DNA from: Macrostomum hystrix
Taxonomy: Eukaryota; Animalia; Platyhelminthes
Assembly (NCBI GenBank): GCA_950097015.1
Contig: CATNEN010000029.1
Location: forward strand, 6,944,001 to 7,008,000
Direction of reading: 5' to 3'
DNA length: 64,000 nt
Shown here: piece after piece, positions 24,367-36,587 of the stretch
Layout: each line of letters starts with the position of its first letter
Position numbering within the stretch: position 1 is the stretch's first letter
Position numbers and translations under genes: made by a program
The notes under the pieces: generated by a model
The model's input: the letters and a program-made list of their open reading frames with translations, nothing else
Told to the model about the DNA's origin: nothing
The model's database searches: none

Positions 24367-25102
24367 TGTCGTAGGGCTCCTTTCTTAACTCCCACTGCTT
24401 TCACCAATTTGTTGTAGGTCTCTTTACTTATCTTACAGCTGCCACTAAGTTGTCATAGACCCTTCTCTTTTCTTTATTATTATTTAAAACTTGCTCTCTT
24501 TACAACCCTTCTCAGTCCTTACAATTTCCTTATTAAATTTCCTTTTAATTCATATGCATATATTGCTTTAAGCTTAACCAGATAGGCTGCTTTCTTTTCC
24601 CAATATGGTAGCGTTCTCGATAGTGTCCGAGCGGCAAGACACTTTCTTTCTCCCGTTACTTACTCTCAATTATCTGGCTTTCTGGTTTCCCAGTCTTTCA
24701 AGGCTTCCAATGGACTGGAGTTGTCCAACTTTGCACACAGTGCCAGTCACCAATCTGGGAGTTTACCCTCTGTTCCTTTAGTTTTAACACTATTCTGCTT
24801 TTGATCAATATCTCCTTCTTTATTCCTTCGAATATTCCTGGCTTGTGTATGAACACGGACCTGCTTTTCCTCTCTCTCTCTAAATAAGAACTCTTTGAAC
24901 ACTTTGAAACTTTACTCTCCTTTATTCAGCTTAGAACTGGGCGCGAGGCACCGGTTAAGTTTTCGAGGGCTAAAATGCGCTTGTATTTATACTAAGAATT
25001 GAGGTGGATGACAAAGCATAGTAAAACAAAGACAAAAAGATCGAGGAAAACATTTGGCGGTAATTCAAGTTAGCAATATACGATAAATTTGGGCCTGCCT
25101 CA
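24367..25102 (-). repeat. 5' LTR
   Basis: Same length and sequence as the 3' LTR; followed on the minus strand by the PBS. Confidence 0.97.
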
Positions 25103-26803
25103 TTAGCAAAAAAAATTTTGGTGAAATATGAAAAATATTATTTTAAAATTTTGTTTTCATTTCAGTTCACAACTAAAAATTAGCAAACTATTTTTAATAA
25201 TAGTTTACATGATCATTTTTTAACTGTGCGTAGTGTAAAATCTAATATAAGGCAAAAAAGGTTAGTCTAAAGTTCTTAAAATTAAAAAAAAAATTTTAGA
25301 AAACATTTAACTTATATATATTATTTTTTGCTTAAAATTTAGTCCACTAAGGCCGCGCGGCCCCATTTTTTCTCGCGTCAATTCGAATGAGCCATCCAAA
25401 TTTGCAGTGGCACTGCAAATGGGTTATCGTGTTTTCCATTGTGTCTGCTAGAGGTTTGAGGGCTGTACTGAGTGTTTTAAGATACTACGAAGTTATCTAT
25501 TATCCGAGCACACACAATCAAACATCCAGCATTTACACTTATCCAGAATCTCTTACATAAATCCAAGAACAAATAATTTGTTCTCGATTGGTGCTGTAAA
25601 AGCTCTTGGAGGACTAGAAAGTGAACAGGGTTCGCATGCAGTTGGAAGCGTGACTCTGCAGGGAAGTTCAAGCTGTACCTGCATGGTACGTGTCCTGCAT
25701 GTGCCGTCTTTCAGATGATTACTGCAGTGCACCCAGTCAGACCCAGAAACCAAGCAGTAGGCCCTAATCAGCAGTTAGTATAGGCTCCTGCTCGATGGGG
25801 CTACTTCAAATAGGCCTACAGTTTTAAAGCACAATTTGGCGCAGGAATTTTGTTAGGCCAATGAAATTGTCTGATGTAGTGCCCTGAGGCTAGCACTGGC
25901 AGGTTCCTGATCTAAGATATTTTATCACTAAAGGATCCTATTGGTTCTTAGGCTACTCATGAGTCATGTTAAGTGGCAATGGTTCCATTTTTATACATGC
26001 TGAAAAAGTCATAAAGTATCAGCCTAAGCCATAGTCCAGATGAGGTCACATGCCAAAAAATTCTGCATGCATTTGCTTTCTTCTGGAGTGCATGTTGTGT
26101 ATCAGTATATACATATTTCAAGGGCTTGGTGTGTACCTTACCTTAGCATGTTATGTATGGCATGCATTTAAAATATATCAAATGTCTTAAAAAATAACAA
26201 GTTATAACTTTATTGAATTTCATTATGAAGTTACAATAAAAGCAGTAATAAAACTATGAGACATAAAACAGTTTGTATTTCTTTCTAATCATCATAATTT
26301 CTGTAGGCTACACTATCTATACTGTAGAGTGCAATTTGAAAAAGAAAACTAAACTTAGCTCTTAGCTGTTAGTGTGAAAATTAAATTTTGTTTTTTTATT
26401 TCTCACATGTACCCAATACAGTTAGATAGAACACCTTTTGTTCTCTCTTTTCTATATATAAAAAGATATATATGAATTTATAACTTAGATAGGCCTAGTA
26501 TAAAATACAATACAATACAATAAATACAATGGCCACCGGCCACAAGTGGTCAGGAAAGGGGGGGACATTGTCAAAAATAAAATACTAGTATAAATAAATA
26601 AATCTAGTATAAAATACTTATATTAGATAAGGTGACTATTCAATTAGCATTTCACAACAATCTCATCTTGCTCATAGCAGAAATGTAATCAAACAAGTTT
26701 TGTATAGTAGGCTCTTAGTTTTGAATAACATTTGCTATATGACTAGAAAATAAATAGTTCTTGTCACTAAATAAAATCTATTTCATTGTTTTTTCAGTCT
26801 ACA

Positions 26804-28114
26804 ATGGCCAGTTTCATATCTTCTCTAAGTGTGCATTGTCCAAAGCCTCACTATGTTCGAGAATACACTCTAGTGCTGCTATATAGCCCTTGTGCTGGTC
26901 GCATTCTATTGGGCTATAAGAAGCGTGGCTTTGGTCAAGGCAAATGGAATGGATTTGGAGGAAAGGTAAGCTAATTTTGTTGGATGGGATGTGACTGTAG
27001 GCCTATAGCAAATAATACACTAATTTGTGTTAGCTAATATGATGCTATTTTTAGATATAGACTAGAGGACTCTAAAAGTGCCTTTGGGTAGTTTCTACCC
27101 AAAATCAAAATTGTTACTTTCCAAAACCCGAAATTTCTGAAAAGCTGTGAACAAGACTGGGAAATGGGGTCACAGTTTGGGGTTGGTGTTTAATTGCTTC
27201 ACTATGGGGGAAGGACTGAAAGCGGAAGTTAGGGGTGACTTAGGTATGAATTAAATAATCATGAGAGTGCTTTATGCTCTAACTCGGGGGGTCTCTGCCC
27301 ATATCAGATTTGAGTGTGAAGCAAACAAAAGCTTGTTTTATTTTAGACAGAGTTGAAAAAAATGTGGGTGTCTGGGTGATAGTCTTTATGACTCATTCCT
27401 TGAATTTCAAGGCCCTCAAAGGATGGAATGAATGTAGCTTTCGCTGTCTACTACCAGCCCCCTTCCACATAAAGACCCAAAAGATGGTACAGTCAGTAGG
27501 CTAATCATATACCCAAAAACTTTGCACTTAAAACTTCCGAAAATTTGGCTACTTGAAATTTAAAATATATTCCATTTAGTTATAGCACACTTGCTTGTGC
27601 TCAACAGGTAGAAGCCGGCGAGACGCCACTGGCCGCTGCCATTCGCGAACTGCACGAAGAGTCCAGCCTGACCGTAGGGCCAGCTGATATTCAACTGAGC
27701 GCTCGCATGCTGTTTCAATTTGTCGACGAGGCCAGAATATTTCGCGTGCACGTCTACACTGGCTCCGTGTGGACCGGCGAGCCAATAGAATCCGACGAGA
27801 TGCTGCCGCGTTGGTTTAACATTAGCGACATACCCTATGCGGATATGTGGCCAGACGATTCCTATTGGCTGCCGGTGATGCTTGCTGGCCGCTCCGTGAT
27901 TGGCTATTTTCTGTACGGCGCCGATAAGATGAAAATATTGCATCACTGCTTGCGCGACCTGCCAGTTGCTTCCAAACTCTTTGATGAATCTGATTGCGAT
28001 GCTGATCATCGCCAAGAACAGGTTGAGGCTGCTATTCTGAGCAATATTGGCCAGCTGTCCTGCGTGTGCGGCGATGGCCTGCCACCACCGCTGCCCGCCT
28101 CGGAGATTCACTGA
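26804..28114 (+). CDS. NUDT1: 8-oxo-dGTPase (MTH1, Nudix hydrolase 1)
   Basis: Exons 26804-26965 and 27608-28114 (phase 0). Motifs [21 protein letters not shown]|VEAGET...AIRELHEE (Nudix box), [10 protein letters not shown] and [10 protein letters not shown]. Confidence 0.95.
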
Positions 28115-28162
28115 CTGCCGCTTCAATTTTACTGCATTCATGTTGATGCTTCTATTATTATA

Positions 28163-28580
28163 CATAAGCAGAGGAAATGGCATTTAAACTGAAGGAATCA
28201 CATTCAAACTGAAGGAATCACATTCAAACTGAATGAATCACATTCAAACTGAAGGAATCACATTCAAACTGAAGGAATCACATTCAAACTGAATGAATCA
28301 CATTCAAACTGAAGGAATCACATTCAAACTGAATGAATCACATTCAAACTGAAGGAATCACATTCAAACTGAAGGAATCACATTCAAACTGAAGGAATCA
28401 CATTCAAACTGAAGGAATCACATTCAAACTAAATGGAATCACATTCAAACTGAAAGAAACGACATTCAAACTGAAAGAAACGACATTCAAACTGAAAGAA
28501 ACGACATTCAAACTGAAAGAAACGATATTCAAACTGAAAGAAACGATATTCAAACCGAATGAAATGACATTCAAACTGAA
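28163..28580. repeat. 20/21-bp minisatellite downstream of NUDT1
   Basis: TTCAAACTGAAGGAATCACA units changing to TTCAAACTGAAAGAAACGACA. Confidence 0.93.
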
Positions 28581-29079
28581 TGGAATAACTTATTCTTTTA
28601 CTAATCATGTTCGTTTTACTAACCGTGAGAGTTCCGATTTCGGAATTTCGTCAGCATTTTTCTCTTTCTGCCAATTATGTCTGAAAAAGTCTGTCTTTAA
28701 TTTTCTTAGTAAATTTTCCTATCAAGTAAATTTTATTTTGTTCTCGAGTTGATTTGCAAAATATATATATACTTTACCATTGCTAGCTTTTGCTTGCAAT
28801 AGGTTTTGCAAAACGGTGTTTCTCGATCGTTTGTTATAATTGCTATCTGTTGAGGCGGTTTAATCGCGGCGTGCAATTCTTACTTGTAGTTTTAGCATTA
28901 GGATTTGTATTTGAGATCTAAGCACTGGAGACTCCCCGATTCTCTTGGTTCCATCTGCTACTGATCCGGCATCTCATGAGCTCCTCAGGAATCACTGATT
29001 CGCATCTTATTAATTTCTAATTAATTAAATCCGTCATCTGAACAACTCTTTAATCGTAAACAGGTACTCATCGATTCCT

Positions 29080-29460
29080 CATCAGTCACTCATTCGGAAT
29101 CTCATTAACTCATTAATCACTCATTGAGAATCTCACAAACTTATCAATCACTCATCGGGAATCTCATTCACTCACCAATCACTCATTGAGAATCTCATTC
29201 ACTTATCAATCACTCATCGGGAATCTCATTCACTCACCAATCACTCATTGAGAATCTCATTTACTTATCAATCACTCATCGGGAATCTTTCACTTATCAA
29301 TCACTCATCGGGAATCTTTCACTCATCAATCACTCATTGAGAATCTCATTCACTTATCAATCACTCATCGGGAATCTTTCACTTATCAATCACTCATCGG
29401 GAATCTTTCACTCATCAGTAACCCACTGGGAATCTCATCAACTCATCAATCACAAATCAG
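29080..29460. repeat. Degenerate minisatellite of about 30 bp
   Basis: Recurrent ATCAATCACTCATCGGGAATCT and ATCACTCATTGAGAATCTCA. Confidence 0.85.
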
Positions 29461-29634
29461 AAATCCTAACCAAAATGCTAACCATAAACTTATAATTAAA
29501 TACTGCCCCGGAATCTCATTAACATATAAGCTACTTAATAATGATAATAGTGATAATGAGAGTACCTGTTTATAATTTGAGTGATTCGATAGGTAAAATA
29601 TGTTGTTTAATATTTAAGGATTGCAGCGCTGTTG

Positions 29635-31948
29635 ATGGAAATTGACCAGCCACCCTTGAGTCCGTGGTCGCAGCTGGGCGAGCGCCCGCCTCCTTGGCGG
29701 CGGCACGAGGAGCAGCGAGGAGATCGCGAACTGTCTTCAAACGATGGTAACAGCAGCCCTCTGTGGCTGGCCTATCGCATTCTGTATCCTCTGTGCATTT
29801 GTCTCGTTAATTTCTCGCTGGCTATTGGCGCCTGGCTGCTCCTGCTGCATCCGTTGCGACTATATCGACTGCTTCGCTGGCTTCGCGCTCGTCGGTGCGG
29901 CCTCCGATTTCGTCAGGTCACGCTAGACGGAGCAGCCTACCGATTCGCCGAGAAGGGCCGGCCAGATCCGCTGCGGCCGTCGTTGCTGCTCATACACGGA
30001 GTGGCCGACGAATGCACCGTTTGGGCAGAGCTAGCGCGACTGGCCGATTCGTCTGTGAGTCTGGCTAAAAAAAAAGTGCATTTTTAAAAACGAATTCTAG
30101 TAATTCTTTTACTTTGCTCGCTTCATTTGTTGTGTCGCTTAGGCACAAAAGGGGCTTTTGCATAGTGGTTAGAGCGTCGGACTCACGAATTGGAGGTCGG
30201 GTATTCGATTCCCGACTCTACCAAACAAATTGTGTCATTAAGCAAGATACAAGATAAGGGGAATAATTAATAATAGTTTCTAACGATTATTAACTATTCC
30301 AGCTTTCTAACTAGAGAGGCAAGGCGCGGCTATTGCGCGGCACTTCTGAAGGCTGTGTACGGCTGTTCAGTCCATGGACTGGGGGACGCGACATCCACCC
30401 TCGATTACCCCAGCTGATACTGGTACCCATGTAACAGCTGGGTGAACTGACGCAATACAGAGTTAAAACACAAATTGTTCCAGTGGAGTCAGGAATCGAA
30501 CTCCCGACCTCCAAGTCGCGAATCCGATACTCTGACACTTGGCTGCCACTCCCCTAAGTATCATTATTTAGTTTTTATTTCCCCTTGCCTCTGACTCAGC
30601 TGGATCACGTGATCGCAGTCGACTTGCCCGGCCACGGCGGCAGTGAGGTTAGCGCCGACGAAGACTTTAGTTTAGCAGCTCTGGCTGTCCGAATTCGCGC
30701 CGTGCTGGCCGCGGCTGGTCACGCCTCGCTGCGGTTGCACGCGGTCGGATGCAGCAGCGGCGCCGGCGTTGCTATGGCTCTGGCGGTCGGCTGGCCCGAC
30801 CAAACGGAGCTGCTGACGCTGGTGGCACCGCTGCTTCTGTCGCCGCCGCGGCTAACGACAGCGACTGACAAATCCTGCTCTGGACGTAACGCTGACGATG
30901 AAACAGAAGAATTACATGAAAGCAGCTCACCAGAAATCTTAAATCGTTCCTACGACAGCGATTTGTACAACTGGCTGCTTCCATGGAATCCCACTATGGT
31001 CAGTGAGTCAATGAGGCGACGGTTCTACCGGCCGGTGGCACTGACTGGCGGCTGCTGGCCATCTGGCTCCCCCTGGCTGGCTGAGCGGCTGTCCCAGCTG
31101 GCCTTTCACAGAGCCCTACTGGCCAGCCTCGCAGAGGAGCCGGGCCGCTCCGAACTGCTGTCTATGGCCAGCCGGATTCGGGCGCCAACCCAGATTGTCT
31201 GGGGAGTGCAGGACGAGGCGAGTGCTCAAAGTGCTTCAATTAGATTGGAGATAAGTAGTGTTTGAAGTAGATTGGTAGTGTTTAAAGTAGATTGGTAGTG
31301 TTTAAAGTAGATTGGTAGTGTTTGAAGTAGATTGGTAGTGTTTAAAGTAGATTGGTAGTGTTTGAAGTAGATTGGTAGTGTTTGAAGTAGATTGGTAGTG
31401 TTTGAAGTAGATTGGTAGTGTTTGAAGCAGATTGGTAGTGTTTGAAGCAGATTGGTAGTGTTTGAAGCAGATTGGTAGTGTTTGAAGCAGATTGGTAGTG
31501 TTTGAAGCAGATTGGTAGTGTTTGAAGCAGATTGGTAGTGTTTGAAGCAGATTGGTAGTTTTTGAAGCAGATTGGTAGTGTTTGAAGCAGATTGGTAGTG
31601 TTTGAAGCAGATTGGTAGTTTTTGAAGCAGATTGGTAGTGTTTGAAGCAGATTGGTAGTGTTTGAAGCAGATTGGTAGTGTTTGAAGTAGATTGGTAGTG
31701 TTTGAAGCAGATTGGTAGGGTCTGAAGTAGATTGGTAGTGTTTGAAGGCTCGTTACCTATCCACGCACCATATGTCGCAGATTTCTCCCATCTGTGGAGC
31801 TGAGCAGTTTCGCAGCCGGCTGGCCAACCTGACCCAGTTCGACACAGTTGATGAATGCGGCCACAGTCCCGAGGCGGAGTGCCCGGCTGTGCTCTACAAC
31901 CTGGTCTACAAATTTCGCAAGAATATGTCTCTTAAAAAGTCCAACTGA
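29635..31948 (+). CDS. ABHD6: ABHD6-like alpha/beta hydrolase (monoacylglycerol lipase type) with N-terminal membrane anchor
   Basis: Exons 29635-30054, 30600-31217 and 31781-31948. Motifs LLIHG, VIAVDLPGHGGS, nucleophile G-C-S-S-G, WGVQD and ECGHS give a complete Ser-Asp-His triad. Intron 2 uses a GCGAGT donor. Orthology is by motif recall only. Confidence 0.8.
30160..30250 (+). mobile_element. SINE 5' fragment (tRNA-like head)
   Basis: A-box-like TAGTGGTTAGAGC and B-box-like GTATTCGATTCC, then TGTGTCATTAAGCAAGATAC. Confidence 0.7.
30325..30556 (-). mobile_element. Near full-length SINE, inverted relative to the 30160 copy
   Basis: GGAATCGAACTCCCGACC head plus the central and tail sequence shared with other copies (GTCCATGGACTG, GCTATTGCGCGG). 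Confidence 0.8.
31250..31747. repeat. 20-bp minisatellite filling ABHD6 intron 2
   Basis: TTTGAAG(T/C)AGATTGGTAGTG, about 25 copies. Confidence 0.97.
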
Positions 31949-32429
31949 CATTTAAACTGAACCGGCATCTACTCTTGACGACTTGTTGCATTTTGTCAAG
32001 GCAGGAACCAATTTGTACTTCTGTGGTGTTCAAAATGTTTTAGCCGTTGGATCCCACAAGTCCTACAAGTACGAGTAATAAGTCTATTTTTCTTTTCTTA
32101 TGACATTTTTTGCTAAAATATACATTTTCCTCTGCACTTCTAGTCAAGAGTTTTATACTATAGTCTCAAATGTGAGCAATTAGATACATTTTTCTTAAAA
32201 TAAACGATTTATATATAAATTATTATGTTATTAAATTTTGTTGTTAAAATTATTTATCGATTCATAAATATTATTTTATTTTTGCTATTTTTGCTATTTT
32301 GCTGTTACTAAATCCCGAATCATTGATTTGTACCGAAATATTTCTGAGTCGTTTTGAATTGATGCGTTTCTGAATAGTTTAGTTGTACCTGAATGACGGT
32401 ATCGTAACGAAATCTCAGAATTAATAGTC

Positions 32430-32815
32430 TCAGAGCCATAGAATCGTTCCTGAGCCCTAGAATCGTCCCTGAACCCATAGAATCATCTCGGAGCCGTAGA
32501 ATCGTCCCTGAATCCATAGAATCGTCCCTGAACGCATAGAATCGTCCCTGAACTCATAGAATCGTCCCTGAACTCATAGAATCGTCCCTGAACTCATAGA
32601 ATCGTCCCTGAACCCATAGAATCGTCCCTGAACCCATAGAATCGTGCCTGAATTCATAGAATCGTCCCTGAACTCATAGAATCGTCCCTGAATCCATAGA
32701 AACGTCCCTGAACCCATGGAATCGTGCCTGAATCCATAGAATCGTCCCTGAACCTTTAGAATCGTCCCTGAACCCATAGAATCGTCCCTTAGCCCATAGA
32801 ATCGTCACTGAACCT
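32430..32815. repeat. 20-bp minisatellite
   Basis: CATAGAATCGTCCCTGAACC units. Confidence 0.95.
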
Positions 32816-32989
32816 ATATAATTGTTTCAAAGCCTTAAAAATCGAGGGTTAGTTAATTCAAGCTTGATTCACGATGCTAATATGCCCCCTTAATCTACAG
32901 GTGTGAAGGTTCACGCTTTATTCCTATAGGCTCTTTATTTACTAGTGAAAAGGCTATGGCCAAAGGGCATTGAAAATAAAGGCAATGAA

Positions 32990-33657
32990 ATTGCCTTGCA
33001 TCATCTCCGACTTCGGCGGTCACCGACCTTTATCTAGACGGTCGACGGAGCGGCTGGACCTTCAACAAGTGGCACCAGCCTACTAAGCCTACTATGGAAT
33101 CCCTAAAGCGAATTTCTCTACTTTCGCTGATCAAGCCTGGACATTAGGCAACACTCAACTACTTTACATGCTCCTCTAGTCCGTCAACCAATCAGTCACC
33201 ACCCCGACGCCGTCAGCACCGTCAGCAGGGTGCCTCCAGCTGGCAATGGAGTCCCTAAAGCGAATTTTTCTTTCTCTAATAAAGCCTCGATATTGGCCTT
33301 AACTTAACTATTACTTGTTTAAGGTCCAGCTGCTCCGTCTAGATAAAGGTAGGTGACCACCGAAGACGGAGATGATGCAGGCACATTCGGGTGACATGCT
33401 GATAAATTTTGAAGGCCTGGCAAGGCCGCACTGAGTCGCAGTGCAAATTCGTGTATAGGGGTGTAAGAAATACACTAGCTCTTATGGGAAAAATCGGACC
33501 TTCGACCAGAAACATTGAATATCTCGACGGTCTGAAGAGCTGGCGACTTGTTTCTTGTTTCAGAAGATGCGCAACAAAAAGTTGGCCCGTTTTCTTGAGT
33601 TTCGGGTGCAGCAAAAAAATTGTCAGGGGGGGATTTCCCCCTCCCCTTGTTCTACTG
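32990..33657. mobile_element. Rearranged relative of the 53-kb TTAA MITE (inverted and direct fragments)
   Basis: 33315-33657 matches 53270-53582, including the CTACTG|TTAA end. 32990-33230 is the reverse complement of about 53110-53335. A further partial copy lies at 33245-33315. Confidence 0.7.
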
Positions 33658-34669
33658 TTAACTACTCGTAGTTCACAGGCCTGACAACGATCGGGCTAAG
33701 ATGTGCTATCGATATATTTGGATTAAGTATAGTTCTTGTCTGCTTCTATGGCAACCGCGTCCTCGGCCTTTCTCAGCCGTATAGGAAAAATAGAAAAAAT
33801 GAAGACAACAAGAATGCTGAACCTAAGCAACATTCTAAAAAGGATCGCAAATAGATTGATCGCGTTATTTTCCTTGATCTTTTCCTCTTACACATCTCAC
33901 CTGCCAATGCGGAACATGGCGTTTTCCCTCCGAACAGGTTAGGTGGGTGATAAGTTGCCAAACTTTCTCTCCCAGCAGGGGGTCTGGTTTGTGGGGCGAT
34001 ACAAAACAATCGGCTCGGAAGCCTTAACTCGCGCAGATCAGTCACGGCTAGCCCAACCGATGGCAGCGACATGACAACGCGGTATACAGGCGGGAGTGTG
34101 TTTGATAAGGTCATGCGGTTTGGAGGAATCTGCTTTTAACCCGCAGCACTCATTCAGATTCAGATCCTGGGCTGAGGCTCGTCAAGTTGATTCTGTGTTT
34201 TGCACACCTTAATTAGCCTATCAACCTGTCCGGCTTTTTTCGGCGGGATTGGATGCAGGCTGTTGGTAAATGGAGCTGAAATCCTTGGGCCACTCGCCGC
34301 CAGCTGGACAACAACCCCCTCCGAGCCCTCCCAGCCCCAATCCCGAGGCTCGGAACTTCCTCAACGACAGCGAATAGGCGCCAAGCGGGCCCCGGGAGCG
34401 AAAGATAAGAGCTTAGTCACTTAACAAAATTCGAGACTTCGCATCTGCCATCATCGTTCTTCAATTAATAGTTGCATTGTAACTCCGTCTGCTGAAAACA
34501 GTACCGAAAATAATGAAACGTTCTCACGACTTCGTGTCAGCTCAATCGGCGGCATCTGGTGAGGCATTTACTGCACTTCCTCGATGGACTCTCAGCTTTA
34601 ATCAATGACTCTAGCGTCGGAAGTCGTGTAAAACTTTGATAGTTCCGTTATGCTATTTCGGTAGTTTTC

Positions 34670-34870
34670 TGCGCTTTTGGTTCTTTTATCCAGCAGTTTC
34701 GGCAGTTTTGTTCTGCAGTTTTGGTAGTTTTCGAGTAGTTCTGCAGTTTTGGTAGTTTTGTTCTGCAGTTTCGGTAGCTTAATCCTGCGGTTTCGGCAGT
34801 TTAGTCCTGCAGTTTCGGTAGTTTAGTCCTGCAGTTTCGGTAGTTTAGTTCTGCAGTTTTGGTAGTTTTG
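34670..34870. repeat. Degenerate repeat of about 22 bp
   Basis: CTGCAGTTT(T/C)GGTAGTTT units. Confidence 0.8.
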
Positions 34871-34944
34871 ATAACGCGTCCGAATCTTGTACGAAAGTCC
34901 ATGAGCTCAAATCCGCATCGGCGAGGTCACAATTACTTTAGGCG

Positions 34945-35632
34945 CAGAATCGTCTCTGAACCATAGAATCGTCTCGGAACCATAGAATCGTCTCTGGAAC
35001 CATAGAATCGTCTCTGAACCATAGAATCGTCTCTGAACCATAGAATCGTCTGGGAACCATAGAATCATCTCGGAACCATAGAATCGTCTCTGAACCATAG
35101 AATCGTCTCTGAACCATAGAATCGTCTCTGAACCATAGAATCATCTCGGAACCATAGAATCGTCTCTGAACCATAGAATCGTCTCTGAACCATAGAATCG
35201 TCTCGGAACCATAGAATCGTCTGGGAACCATAGAATCATCTCGGAACCATAGAATCGTCTCTGAACCATAGAATCGTCTCTGAACCATAGAATCGTCTCG
35301 GAACCATAGAATCGTCTGGGAACCATAGAATCATCTCGGAACCATAGAATCGTCTCGGAACCATAGAATCGTCTCTGAACCATAGAATCGTTCCTGAACC
35401 CATAGAATTGTCTCTGGACCATAGAATCGTCTCTGAACCATAGAATCGTCTCTGAACCATAGAATCGTCTCTGAACCATAGAATCGTCTCTGAACCATAG
35501 AATCGTCTCTGAACCATAGAATCGTCTCTGAACCATAGAATCGTCTCTGAACCATAGAATCGTCTCTGAACCATAGAATCGTCTCTGAACCATAGAATCG
35601 TCTCTGAACCATAGAATCGTCTGAGAACCATT
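34945..35632. repeat. 19-bp minisatellite, sibling of the 32.4-kb array
   Basis: CATAGAATCGTCTCTGAAC units. Confidence 0.96.
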
Positions 35633-36554
35633 CTATGCAAAAGCAGGCATTTTGTAAATGAAATTAGATTTACCATTGCCTCATATATTCTGCATCTTCG
35701 GCAGTTTAACCTACCAATGAGGGCCAGTTTTCTCTGTCGCTACGGCCTAGCCGCCACCAGTTTTTTATGCCTGCAATAATCTGGCTTTGTCCCTAGTTGA
35801 ACACTTTATCCAATCTTTCTTACTTTCGTGTGTGTGTGGGGATGTGTATATGCACCAGCAGCCTTCACGCCACTTGTTTTCGGGCAAGGCAGATTTGACA
35901 AGATGAGGCTATATACAACGCCCGCGCAGCTTTTTTGTTCAGTTCCCATCAATTCTCTTTATTCATCTTTCCTTTTTCTCTTTTGCTTTCTTTTCATCGC
36001 TGTTGCCAGGCTGGTAGGAGGGCCCTCATCCATCCTCTGCTTCAATCCAGCAAGATCCCATGCTGCTGGCCATCCCAGAAGGCCAATTATCTCCCAACTT
36101 GATCGTGAGCAAGCCGCGTCCCTGCCAGCCCCGTGCCGCTCGTGTTTACCCGCCCCGCCTCCCGGATTCCCACCTTATCCCAACACCTTCCCCTATCTGT
36201 CTATAGATGATTTTTCTCTGTTAGCCCCAGCAACAACTGCAGCAGATGATAATGAGGCTTTAGCAGACAGCGAACGCAGGCCAATGATGACGATGATCCA
36301 CCCGCGAGTTAAGATCCCGAATTTCACAGTGTGACACTGAACATAAGCTTGTCAAGATTTCCTGGAAACACATCTGAAGCGGCAGCAACAGCAGCAGCAG
36401 TCTCTCCTGCAACCTGAAGCACGGATGCAATCATGTGGGAAGAGCTCTGAATTGAGAGAGAGAGATAGGAAAAAAATTGTGGGAATCTGGACCATCATTC
36501 ATCATTTTGAGAGGCCGCCAACGCTGGCACCGCCCTGACCCTCGCCTTCCTCTC

Positions 36555-36587
<33 letters not shown>

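Larger units (their letters stand above)
16264..25102 (-). mobile_element. Full-length Ty3/Gypsy LTR retrotransposon, 8839 bp, with an extra ORF
   Basis: Two 736-bp TG..CA LTRs; TTAG at 16260-16263 and 25103-25106 (4-bp TSD); gag followed by pol in PR-RT-RH-IN order; PBS and PPT present. Confidence 0.97.

Noticed and set aside
9706-25400. Terminal inverted repeats and 9-bp TSD for the MULE element
   Set aside because: No convincing inverted match found by eye; short AT-rich similarities near 4465 and 25330 are direct and likely chance.
30160-30250. tRNA gene
   Set aside because: A and B boxes are present, but no clear cloverleaf or T-run terminator, and it continues into SINE body sequence.
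33656-34426. Solo LTR with TGTTAA..TTAACA ends
   Set aside because: Flanks CTAC and AAAT do not match, and the left TGTTAA is explained as the MITE end plus its TTAA TSD.
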